From a virus, in IMG/VR virus record IMGVR_UViG_3300005613_000026, positions 1 through 64,000 of that record: a stretch of DNA of 64,000 nucleotides; one strand, 5' to 3'. Numbering within the stretch: the stretch's first letter is position 1; each line of letters opens with the position of its first letter. Shown here piece after piece: positions 16,350 to 24,649 of this stretch. The notes beneath the pieces are model-generated. The model worked only from the letters and a program-made list of their open reading frames with translations, did no database searches and had not been told where the DNA came from. Made by a program: the position numbers and the translations under genes.

Positions 16350-17168
16350 TTAAAAATCCATCAAATCGAAACGGTTTGTTTCTTCAACCGTTTTAGTGCA
16401 TCCAGTCCCTTCTGCCATTTTTCTCTCATAAAGAGAGATTATCTCCTCACCCCTCTTATAAGCTAATTCTTTTCTTTTTTCATTCCACTTTTTACCAAAT
16501 CTTTTCCAAAATTCGCTCCTACGCCATTTAGAATAACCGTTATATTGCCTAATAGTTATATCGTTTTTAGCGAGAATAATCTCCAAAGCTTTTTCTGACA
16601 TAATATCCACCAAAAATGGGTAGTAATTCCATTTTATAATCTGTTCATCAGTATAACCCTTATTCCTCAAATAACCAAGAGTCCAGCCATAGGCAAATTC
16701 TTCCCATATTTCCCTGCTGGAAGAAGAACCTCCTTCCTCAACAAAACAGTAATGACACAATTCGTGAGCTACTACTTCATCTTTTTTAAGCTTAGCCTTA
16801 ATACTCATATCATAACGAGCAGGAGACCTACTATTTATAGGTGCATAGGCTGCAATCACTATTTCTTTAGAACATCTGTCATAAAACCCTCCTGCTCCAC
16901 CATATCCAAGAACCTCTAATAATCTTGGACTTACTTTGTACAAAACAACTTCCTTTACATTCGAACCAGGAAATAAATTATCTACATAATCAAAAGCTTC
17001 AGGATAATCCTCATATCTTATAAGCTTTGTATTCGGACTTTTACGAATTTTTTCCATAGATTTAAGATGCTTTGCATGTGATGCAGTCTGCCTATCTCTC
17101 TTCTCCCTCTGATTCCTGGTCTTTTCAGCTTGACTTACTTTTTTTTGTTTATTAAATGATTTAGCCAT
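16350..17168 (-). CDS. Putative zincin-type metalloprotease, C-terminal NRFDLMDF motif
   Basis: GGFYD, VVAHELCHY (HExxH) and downstream EEFAY; likely start MAKSFNK at 17168. Confidence 0.6.
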   Translation of the reverse strand: MAKSFNKQKKVSQAEKTRNQREKRDRQTASHAKHLKSMEKIRKSPNTKLIRYEDYPEAFDYVDNLFPGSNVKEVVLYKVSPRLLEVLGYGGAGGFYDRCSKEIVIAAYAPINSRSPARYDMSIKAKLKKDEVVAHELCHYCFVEEGGSSSSREIWEEFAYGWTLGYLRNKGYTDEQIIKWNYYPFLVDIMSEKALEIILAKNDITIRQYNGYSKWRRSEFWKRFGKKWNEKRKELAYKRGEEIISLYERKMAEGTGCTKTVEETNRFDLMDF

Positions 17169-17382
17169 CTTTAGTATACCCGTTACAAGCAACAACAAAA
17201 CAAGGATCAGAACCCTTAGCAAAAACCTTCATAGTTTTAGTGACTCCTAAAATACTAACTTTTCTTTTCTCAATTGGATTAGAACAATCCTGAGTTTTGC
17301 AATCTTCACACAGAGGCATTACAAACCCTTGGGGTGTAGCATTTAATTTGTCAATAGGAATTGTTTTACATTTATATTCCAT
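17161..17382 (-). CDS. Small Cys-rich hypothetical protein
   Basis: 73 aa with CEDCKTQDC and CFVVAC; coupled to neighbours. Confidence 0.6.
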   Translation of the reverse strand: MEYKCKTIPIDKLNATPQGFVMPLCEDCKTQDCSNPIEKRKVSILGVTKTMKVFAKGSDPCFVVACNGYTKDG

Positions 17383-18008
17383 TAATCTTCTTTTCTTTTA
17401 ATTACTCTTTTAGAATTTGGTTCACCTCTCAACATAGCAGCTTGTTTCTCAGCCGCAGTCGGATCTCCTTTTTCCCCCTCTTCAACATGATTAGTTCGAA
17501 TCACAGGTCTATCAATAGGGACATCGCTAGTTGTGTTTTGATCTACTTTTATTCCCGAATCTTTTTTGTTAACTGATTTAACTTTAGATTTTTTTATAGA
17601 TTCATCTTTACTTGAGTTTTCTTCACTAATATTACCAAAAGAATCATCTGATACAGAAACATCAAAACTGGTAAATGGACTAACGCCAGAAACTGTCTCT
17701 GTTCCTTTCTCTATATGAGGTAACGGCAAAGTTGTAGATAGAGGACCTTCTTTGCTAGGAACATTAATCTCTTCTTTCAACATCCCTCTTCTACCTAAAA
17801 ATTCTAATACTTCCTGCAAAAGCTCTACAGGACAATGAAGTTCTTCATTACCGTTTCTTATCGTAAGAGGGTAATTCTGTATATTACCACTTGACAGAGG
17901 GTCGTCATTATATATTATATTAAATTGAATTATTGACGAGTCAGAACATATCACGTCATCAGGAGTATAAACAAACTCCAAAGGTTTTCTTTTTTCTTCT
18001 ATAGACAT
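17382..18008 (-). CDS. Hypothetical protein
   Basis: 208-aa ORF with TAATG coupling at both ends. Confidence 0.65.
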   Translation of the reverse strand: MSIEEKRKPLEFVYTPDDVICSDSSIIQFNIIYNDDPLSSGNIQNYPLTIRNGNEELHCPVELLQEVLEFLGRRGMLKEEINVPSKEGPLSTTLPLPHIEKGTETVSGVSPFTSFDVSVSDDSFGNISEENSSKDESIKKSKVKSVNKKDSGIKVDQNTTSDVPIDRPVIRTNHVEEGEKGDPTAAEKQAAMLRGEPNSKRVIKRKED

Positions 18009-18217
18009 TATTTAGTCTCCTTGAGTCTTTTTCTCAATTTTTCTAAGAATTCTATTCTTAATTCAAGCATTTTTTCATCCGCATCTTTTATAAATTTCGG
18101 CTTTTTCACAGACTTTACTACACCTCCGCAATAAGGACATTTAGTTCCATATATATTATTGTAATTTTTTTTCTCAAATTCATTTCCACATTTTTCACAA
18201 AATAGAACCATAATCAT
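18008..18217 (-). CDS. Small zinc-ribbon protein
   Basis: CEKCG...CPYCGG motif. Confidence 0.65.
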   Translation of the reverse strand: MIMVLFCEKCGNEFEKKNYNNIYGTKCPYCGGVVKSVKKPKFIKDADEKMLELRIEFLEKLRKRLKETK

Positions 18218-19181
18218 CTTTCAACAAAGCACTAACTGATCTGTCACTATGTATTCTTATTATAGCCTCTCCTATTAACTTTGCAAGAGAAATAATACCA
18301 ATTTCAGGAAAATTCTCACTTTTTTCTGATTTTATTTTATCGCTTATAGCTCTAGAAAGCGGGATTGTGTCAGAAACAATGATTTGAGATATTTTTGAAT
18401 TCGATAATTTCTCTATTGCTCCACCACAAAAAAGACCATGAGTGGCCACGGCTTCAACAGAAATAGCACCTTTTTTTACAGCCAGATCCGCTGCCATACA
18501 CATAGTCCCAGCTGTAGATATCATATCATCAAACATTAATACTTTCTTATCACGAACATCTCCAATAATAGTCGTTGCCTCTACTCTCTCTGCATCTATC
18601 CTTCTTTTATGTACAGTAGATATCTTTAAACCTAATGCAATAGCATATTGTTCTCCCATCTTCATATTGCCTACATCAGGAGACAAAACAACATAATTCG
18701 TCAAATCCCTTTCTTTCAAAGAATTTATAAAAACAGGAAAAGCAGATAAATGATCCACTGGCAAATTAAAAAACCCTTCTATTTGCTTAGCATGAAGATC
18801 TACAGTAAGAACCCTATCTACCCCGATACCTGTTAAAAGATCTGACACCATTTTAGCAGTAATAGGTGTTCTTCCTCCTGTTTTTCTGTCTTGCCGAGCA
18901 TACCCAAAATAAGGAAGAACAACAGTAATACTATTAGCTGACGCTCTTTTTAAACAATCTATAGTTATAAGTAATTCCACTAAATTATCATTTACTGGAG
19001 GACATGTTGATTGAACAATAAAACAATTTTTACCTCTTATATCATCTTTTATTTGAACCATTGTTTCTCCATCGGGAAAATGAGACACAACAATATTACA
19101 TGGAGACTTGCCAATATAATGACAGATTTTTTCTACTAATAAAGGATTTGATGTGCCTCCTATCACTTCTAAATTATTCAT
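18195..19181 (-). CDS. prs: Ribose-phosphate pyrophosphokinase (PRPP synthetase)
   Basis: FPDGE, PYFGYARQDRK, VDLHA, VLSPDVG, MFDDMISTAGT and ATHGLF motifs. Confidence 0.95.
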   Translation of the reverse strand: MNNLEVIGGTSNPLLVEKICHYIGKSPCNIVVSHFPDGETMVQIKDDIRGKNCFIVQSTCPPVNDNLVELLITIDCLKRASANSITVVLPYFGYARQDRKTGGRTPITAKMVSDLLTGIGVDRVLTVDLHAKQIEGFFNLPVDHLSAFPVFINSLKERDLTNYVVLSPDVGNMKMGEQYAIALGLKISTVHKRRIDAERVEATTIIGDVRDKKVLMFDDMISTAGTMCMAADLAVKKGAISVEAVATHGLFCGGAIEKLSNSKISQIIVSDTIPLSRAISDKIKSEKSENFPEIGIISLAKLIGEAIIRIHSDRSVSALLKDDYGSIL

Positions 19182-19194
19182 AATTTATCTCCTT

Positions 19195-19620
19195 TTACTT
19201 TTTATTTTTCAAATGCTCTCGTTCACCATAGAGATTATCAAGAACATCACTATCAATAACCAATGTCTCCCAAAAATGCTTCCAGAATTCTTTATTAGCT
19301 TTAACCAGATCATAATGTGGTTGAGGAATACTCCAGCCTTTTTCTTGAGCCCATAAAGAGATGGCCTGAATATCATAATTATAAAATACATCACCAATAG
19401 AAGGATTATACTCAATTATATAGATAGACTTATTAGCATGACATTGAATAGTCATAAAACCAACTCCACTCATAGATGTTACAGTAACACCACTTCGTAT
19501 AACCCACTTATGATTATTAGGTAACTCTTCTAACATAAGACGATTGGTTTCTTCAAAATCTCCATCTGTCTCTGCTAAAGTTATATCCGTAAAATCAATT
19601 TCTATTTCTATTTCTGGCAT
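19195..19620 (-). CDS. Hypothetical protein
   Basis: Likely start MPEIEIE at 19620 (GGAGG SD). Confidence 0.6.
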   Translation of the reverse strand: MPEIEIEIDFTDITLAETDGDFEETNRLMLEELPNNHKWVIRSGVTVTSMSGVGFMTIQCHANKSIYIIEYNPSIGDVFYNYDIQAISLWAQEKGWSIPQPHYDLVKANKEFWKHFWETLVIDSDVLDNLYGEREHLKNKK

Positions 19621-20233
19621 ATTTATTCGCCTCCCTTTCTTCTTGCCTTTTCTCATATAAATCTGCTCTTTTATCAATCCCTTCAAGAAGCATATCCTCC
19701 ATAGCCTTTAACCCTTCTTCATCCTCCATCTTAACTCTTTCATCTATTAACTCAAATATTTTCTTAAAAAAATTCACTTCTTCATCATCGAAACATCTCT
19801 TAAGATGAGTCCTAATACTATGTCCCATTTCCAAAAGAATAATTTCCATTGCTTTAGAATCTTTTTTCTGCTTATAATTAGCCGCTTTCTCTATATTAGA
19901 AGCTATATGTTCAATCTGTTCTGACATTGATTCTTCTTCTATAACAACCCCGTCAAGCAAACGTTTTATAGATTCCTTAATAGATAAACCATCTAAGTCA
20001 CATATCAAATTAATTATATCTGTTCCAGATTTGCATCCATAACAAAAATAATTCTGATATTCACCGCTATCAAGATAAACTATAAAAGAAGGATCATTAT
20101 CACCTTCATGAATAGGACATTTATAATGCCACCGAGTAGATGTTTTTCTAGTAGGATATATCCCTCTAGATTCCAAAAAATCTGTTATCTTCTTTTCTTC
20201 TAAAATTCTTTTTATTAATTGTTTTTCTCTCAT
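19595..20233 (-). CDS. Stand-alone primase CHC2 zinc-binding-domain protein
   Basis: YKCPIHEGDNDPSF...YFCYGCKSGTDII...LSIKESI, then a helical tail; no TOPRIM domain. Confidence 0.85.
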   Translation of the reverse strand: MREKQLIKRILEEKKITDFLESRGIYPTRKTSTRWHYKCPIHEGDNDPSFIVYLDSGEYQNYFCYGCKSGTDIINLICDLDGLSIKESIKRLLDGVVIEEESMSEQIEHIASNIEKAANYKQKKDSKAMEIILLEMGHSIRTHLKRCFDDEEVNFFKKIFELIDERVKMEDEEGLKAMEDMLLEGIDKRADLYEKRQEEREANKYARNRNRN

Positions 20234-20235
20234 TT

Positions 20236-21765
20236 TTACATATCATCAATAAAAGCAAAATCACTATCATCTGAAGATTCTGTGGATTCTCCTGTTGCAA
20301 ACACTTCTTCAAACATTACATCTTCATCATCTTTTACAGGAGCTGGAGCAGCTATAGCTTCATCTAAATCATCTAATATATCATCTCCAGGAATATCTTC
20401 AAAACCAGTCTGGCTACGAATTAAGAACATATCAGGAATAACCTCTAAAGTAGCCCTTACTTCTCCCCCTGCAAAAGTCTGAGGACCATTACGAGATTTA
20501 ACACAAAAAAGATCAATTAACTGGTTGGGCTGAGAGGTACTCTTAAGTTGAGCATAAATATTATCAGCATCTGCAGCATACTCATGGGAGCCTCTAATAT
20601 CTTCAGAATGAATAGCAGCTTTATCTCTATTAGCTCCTGCTTTTCTAATCTTCTTTAAAAAATCCCTTCCTAACTGAGCCGCCGAGATTACAGCAAAGCC
20701 CATAGTTTTCCCCATATGCCTCATACCTTTCATCATATCACCAATTTCAAGATCATTACGACCATGACGATCTTGATGAGCTTCTAAATTAGCTATATAG
20801 TCTATAACTACTAAATCTGGTTTAAACATCTCTATATGACGCTTAATATGATTATTAATAGCAGGAACAGTCGTTCTTTCCGATTCTTGAAGAATAAAAA
20901 ATCTACCCGCTCTCTCTGACAAATCTTTATTAGCATTTTTTATTTTTTCTAATTGCTCATCAGTAAGGTTTTCAAGATCTTTAGTAATAAGTCCATATGG
21001 AACACGAGCTTGCCGAGCCATTACTCTCCTCCACATCTGATCCTTATCCATTTCAAGAGGAACGAATAATACGTTATATCCTTGTTCCCATATATTCAGG
21101 GCGACATTCATCATTATAGTACTCTTATATCCCCCGACATCAGCACAGAAGAGGGTTAATGTTCCTTTCTCAAATCCAGTAACCATTGTTTCATCAATTT
21201 CTTTAATGTCGCAGGTTATTAATTTCTTCTTTTCAATTTTACCTTCTTTGTAATCTTCGATATATTTAATATTAGACTCTGATAACGTACAAATATCATC
21301 ATAAAAAAAATCATTATTTTCAGGTACTGATTCATACAGAATTTCATCTAATTTATCAATTAGATCTTTTGTAGCTTTAATCTTATTTGTTTTAAATTCT
21401 TCATCAAATTTCCTAAGATGGCTAGATATTGAATTTTCAATATGCCTGGTATTAATCTGATTTAATAATACATGATAGTTGTCTGGATCTGTTCTAGAAA
21501 CAAAACACTGTCTAAACTTAGCCTTCTCACTAACTCTTTCTTTAGGAGATTTTAGACTCTCCACCATTTCTTCATATGCTTTTTTTGTTAGTTTAGAATT
21601 ATTTTTTAAATAGACTTCTTCTATACAAGATAGTAAGAATCTATACTTATAATTAAATGATTCTTTAGAGACTTTGCTCTCTATAAAGTCTCCTACTAGT
21701 CTTTTATAATGAAGCAGAAGATATATAAATTCTTCTTCTGGCTCTGAAATCTTTTTTTCACTCAT
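20236..21765 (-). CDS. dnaB: DnaB-like replicative helicase
   Basis: ADVGGYKS, PLEM, VVIDYI, SAAQL, EDIRGS, DAD and KSRNG motifs. Confidence 0.9.
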   Translation of the reverse strand: MSEKKISEPEEEFIYLLLHYKRLVGDFIESKVSKESFNYKYRFLLSCIEEVYLKNNSKLTKKAYEEMVESLKSPKERVSEKAKFRQCFVSRTDPDNYHVLLNQINTRHIENSISSHLRKFDEEFKTNKIKATKDLIDKLDEILYESVPENNDFFYDDICTLSESNIKYIEDYKEGKIEKKKLITCDIKEIDETMVTGFEKGTLTLFCADVGGYKSTIMMNVALNIWEQGYNVLFVPLEMDKDQMWRRVMARQARVPYGLITKDLENLTDEQLEKIKNANKDLSERAGRFFILQESERTTVPAINNHIKRHIEMFKPDLVVIDYIANLEAHQDRHGRNDLEIGDMMKGMRHMGKTMGFAVISAAQLGRDFLKKIRKAGANRDKAAIHSEDIRGSHEYAADADNIYAQLKSTSQPNQLIDLFCVKSRNGPQTFAGGEVRATLEVIPDMFLIRSQTGFEDIPGDDILDDLDEAIAAPAPVKDDEDVMFEEVFATGESTESSDDSDFAFIDDM

Positions 21766-22587
21766 TTATCGACCTATTATTTCCTTGCTTAAAGGAATGA
21801 GAAATGTGTTTTTATTCTGTACTATTTTGGAGATTCCAACACCCATATTCTCTTCTATATTAAAATGCTGTTGGATATCAAATTTGAAAACTAGAATAGT
21901 TGGCAAATTACTTTCTACTCTATCTATAAAAAAAGAATCAATTGTATCAACAAGATATGCCTGTTGCTCTCTAGAAGCATAGTGAGGTCGAATTATGTTA
22001 TCCACTACCAACCATGTACAACTTCTTAACTGAGCTGCTGTTTCAGTATCATTGCGAATTTCGTCTTTAAGTCTTGGGAAATCGACCCAATCATAGCTTT
22101 GGCCTCTTTGCCCTTTTCTAATCCTAAGTTTTATCGCCTCTGCCAGAGCTATAGAAGCTATTAAAGTTCTTCCTATTTTTTCTGGAGATTTACCATAAAT
22201 AACAAGACCAGCACCTTCTTTAAGTCTTCTAGACATCATAGAATTATGACGCATATACTTGCTAATATCTTTGTCATTCCCTTTGAATTCTGAGAAAAGA
22301 TTTGTCCAAGTTCTTCCCCAACAATATTTACAAATAGAATCTTTGGCTTGAATAGCTATATCCTCTGGAATAACTCGAACCGATTGTCCATCTTTAGATA
22401 TCTGACCATCAAAATCAAATATATTAAGATTAGGTTCGGGAACGTACAAATCAATATAAGCCCTAACCTCAGCCATCATAGAACATTTATAAAGAGAATC
22501 TCCACAAAGCTCATGTGGAGACTTCTCATAATACTTATTAGAAAAGAAACTTAAATATTTTTTCTTTAAACCTTCAATATTTTTCAT
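21766..22587 (-). CDS. DnaC/IstB-like helicase loader with degenerate Walker A
   Basis: GLVIYGKSPEKIGRT, WLVVDNI and RVESNLPTIL motifs; directly upstream of dnaB. Confidence 0.65.
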   Translation of the reverse strand: MKNIEGLKKKYLSFFSNKYYEKSPHELCGDSLYKCSMMAEVRAYIDLYVPEPNLNIFDFDGQISKDGQSVRVIPEDIAIQAKDSICKYCWGRTWTNLFSEFKGNDKDISKYMRHNSMMSRRLKEGAGLVIYGKSPEKIGRTLIASIALAEAIKLRIRKGQRGQSYDWVDFPRLKDEIRNDTETAAQLRSCTWLVVDNIIRPHYASREQQAYLVDTIDSFFIDRVESNLPTILVFKFDIQQHFNIEENMGVGISKIVQNKNTFLIPLSKEIIGR

Positions 22588-23681
22588 AGATCAAGTTCTT
22601 TTTCACCACTACCCATTTCTACTTTTTCTTTATAAACCGCATTGGCTTTACGACAACGAGTCTCAGCCCACTCTCGAATTCCCTCAAAATCTCCTTCACG
22701 CATTACAGACAAAGGTTTAAAAGTTGCCATTGCATCAATGATATCCTTAGTTTTAATTACTCTTCTCTTGTCTCGAAAACCAACAACCATTGCTTCAGTG
22801 ATAGCTTTTTCAAGTTCAGCTCCGCTATATCCTTCTCCCCTTACAGCTATTGAATGAAGATCAAATTTCTTAGGGTTCAAGCCTCGACGTTTCAAATGAA
22901 CTTCAAGAATTTCAACCCTTTCATCTAGGTAAGGCAAATCAACAAAAAAGATTTCATCGAAACGACCTGGACGAAGAAATTCAGGTGGTATTGCTTCTTG
23001 ATCGTTAGCAGTTGCTACAACAAAAACAGAACTAGTTTTCTCCTGCATCCATGTTAAAAAAGTTGACAAAACTCGACTTGTTGTTCCCCCATCGCTCTGA
23101 CCACTTGACCGAACGCCACTAATAGCTTTTTCAATCTCATCAATCCATAAAATTGCAGGAGCAACTGCCTCTGCTAAGCGTATTGCTTCACGAGCATTCT
23201 TCTCGGAATCACCAACAAGGGACCCGAAAAGTTTACCAAAATCCAACCTCAGTAAAGGCATGTTCCAGTAACCACTGATAGCCTTACAAACCAGAGACTT
23301 GCCGCAATTATGAGAAACTATTCCGTTAGAATAATATCTGCTTTCCTCACTATCAACTTGTAAATCAAAAGTGTCCATCTCTCCGATATATGATTTTCCA
23401 ACTATCTTAATATTTCCATTTTTAGTAACAACACAATCAATATTCTCATTAACATCCTTTGACTCTACCCACCCATCTGTTGTTAATATCTTATGACTCT
23501 CAGAACAACTGAGTTCCACTCCATCTTCTAATATAAGATTGTAACATTTTTTATTTTTTTTTCTAACAAGAAAATTTATATCTTTCCACCCATCAGGAGT
23601 CTCTATTTGATATACCCCTTCATCTTCGCACATTTTGAAAAAATCAGAAATTTCCACTTCTTTAATTTCATCAACATTCAT
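22584..23681 (-). CDS. Ycf46-like AAA+ ATPase, C-terminal fragment carrying a 125-aa IntC
   Basis: SHN|CGKSL, LLRLDFG, LWIDEIEK, VATAN, PPEFLRPGRFDE and YSGAELE motifs. Confidence 0.93.
   Translation of the reverse strand: MNVDEIKEVEISDFFKMCEDEGVYQIETPDGWKDINFLVRKKNKKCYNLILEDGVELSCSESHKILTTDGWVESKDVNENIDCVVTKNGNIKIVGKSYIGEMDTFDLQVDSEESRYYSNGIVSHNCGKSLVCKAISGYWNMPLLRLDFGKLFGSLVGDSEKNAREAIRLAEAVAPAILWIDEIEKAISGVRSSGQSDGGTTSRVLSTFLTWMQEKTSSVFVVATANDQEAIPPEFLRPGRFDEIFFVDLPYLDERVEILEVHLKRRGLNPKKFDLHSIAVRGEGYSGAELEKAITEAMVVGFRDKRRVIKTKDIIDAMATFKPLSVMREGDFEGIREWAETRCRKANAVYKEKVEMGSGEKELDL
23307..23681 (-). mobile_element. Atypical split intein C-half (125 aa, includes block B)
   Basis: ETPDGW, ELSCSESHKILT, TFDLQV and YYSNGIVSHN, then Cys+1. 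Confidence 0.92.
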
Positions 23682-24583
23682 AATAATTTCCTTTCTTTGT
23701 TAAATATTACTTGTATACGTTCTTCATATTTTTCTACAAACTTTATTTCTTTTTTTAACCATAAATTTAAGATATCATCAATATTCATAATGTCAACATC
23801 TACTATCCTATATTCTAAACCATTATCTTTACAAAAATTAATAGCTGCTTCTTTCTTTTTTACATTTAATGGAGTATTCATTAATTTTTCAGGTTTTATC
23901 TCAATTAAAATTCTATCCTCTAAAATAAAATCTGGTCTATATGTCCTATCATTACCTTTATGGTCTTTATATTTAATTTTAATTCCTTTTTCAGCACTTC
24001 TCCATTTAATTTTATTTTTTTCTATCACCTCTACCATATACGATAATTCTCTTAAACTTCTAAAATACCATCCTTTGTACCACCCGCTCCATCCTCCTCC
24101 ACTTCCATGAGGAGAAGGCTTCCCATACATAGGATTATTTGAGCCAGATGAATTAACAGACCTAATTTCTGACAATTCTTTCATTCTTAAATCTGCATTT
24201 TCTACTCCATATTTTTTCACCCATATATCATAGAAATTTTTACCATACATAGCATTATTTTTTCCAGAAGTAACTTTTGACATTTTTTCTTTAAATTTTG
24301 CAGTTTTATAAATATTAAAGTCCCTATCCTTAATCATCTTTACCTTTGATTCTTCCGTATGCCTTTTGCCGAAAAAAGGATTACCAGAACCCTTATATTT
24401 TTTACTTAATAATGCAGCTCTTTCTTTATTTTTTAATATCACTTCTGGTCTTAAATGGGCATTCTTATGACTGCAAGAAATACAACATAACATCTTTTTT
24501 TCCGCAGTATTTCTATTTTTCTTATTAGAATAACTTAACTCTTTTCCACACTGTGGACAACTCCTGAAATATCTCTTATCCAT
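23678..24583 (-). CDS. Free-standing homing endonuclease (NUMOD3-like repeats + TnsA-like PD-(D/E)XK) between the AAA intein halves
   Basis: GNPFFGKRHTEESK, NNAMYGK and NNPMYGK repeats; FRSLRE, YRPDF and IEIKP motifs; likely start MDKRYF at 24583. Confidence 0.85.
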   Translation of the reverse strand: MDKRYFRSCPQCGKELSYSNKKNRNTAEKKMLCCISCSHKNAHLRPEVILKNKERAALLSKKYKGSGNPFFGKRHTEESKVKMIKDRDFNIYKTAKFKEKMSKVTSGKNNAMYGKNFYDIWVKKYGVENADLRMKELSEIRSVNSSGSNNPMYGKPSPHGSGGGWSGWYKGWYFRSLRELSYMVEVIEKNKIKWRSAEKGIKIKYKDHKGNDRTYRPDFILEDRILIEIKPEKLMNTPLNVKKKEAAINFCKDNGLEYRIVDVDIMNIDDILNLWLKKEIKFVEKYEERIQVIFNKERKLL

Positions 24584-24649
24584 AATATAATATCCTTTCA
24601 CAAAAGCATATCCTTAATTGACATGCTAGACAATGGACTATTATATTAT
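24581..24649 (-). promoter_or_regulatory. Long RNA hairpin sequestering the endonuclease RBS and AUG
   Basis: Outer stem AUAAUAUAAUA(G)UCC / GGAUAUUAUAUUAU (14 bp, one bulge); inner stem AGCAUGUC / GAUAUGCU (8 bp). Confidence 0.75.
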
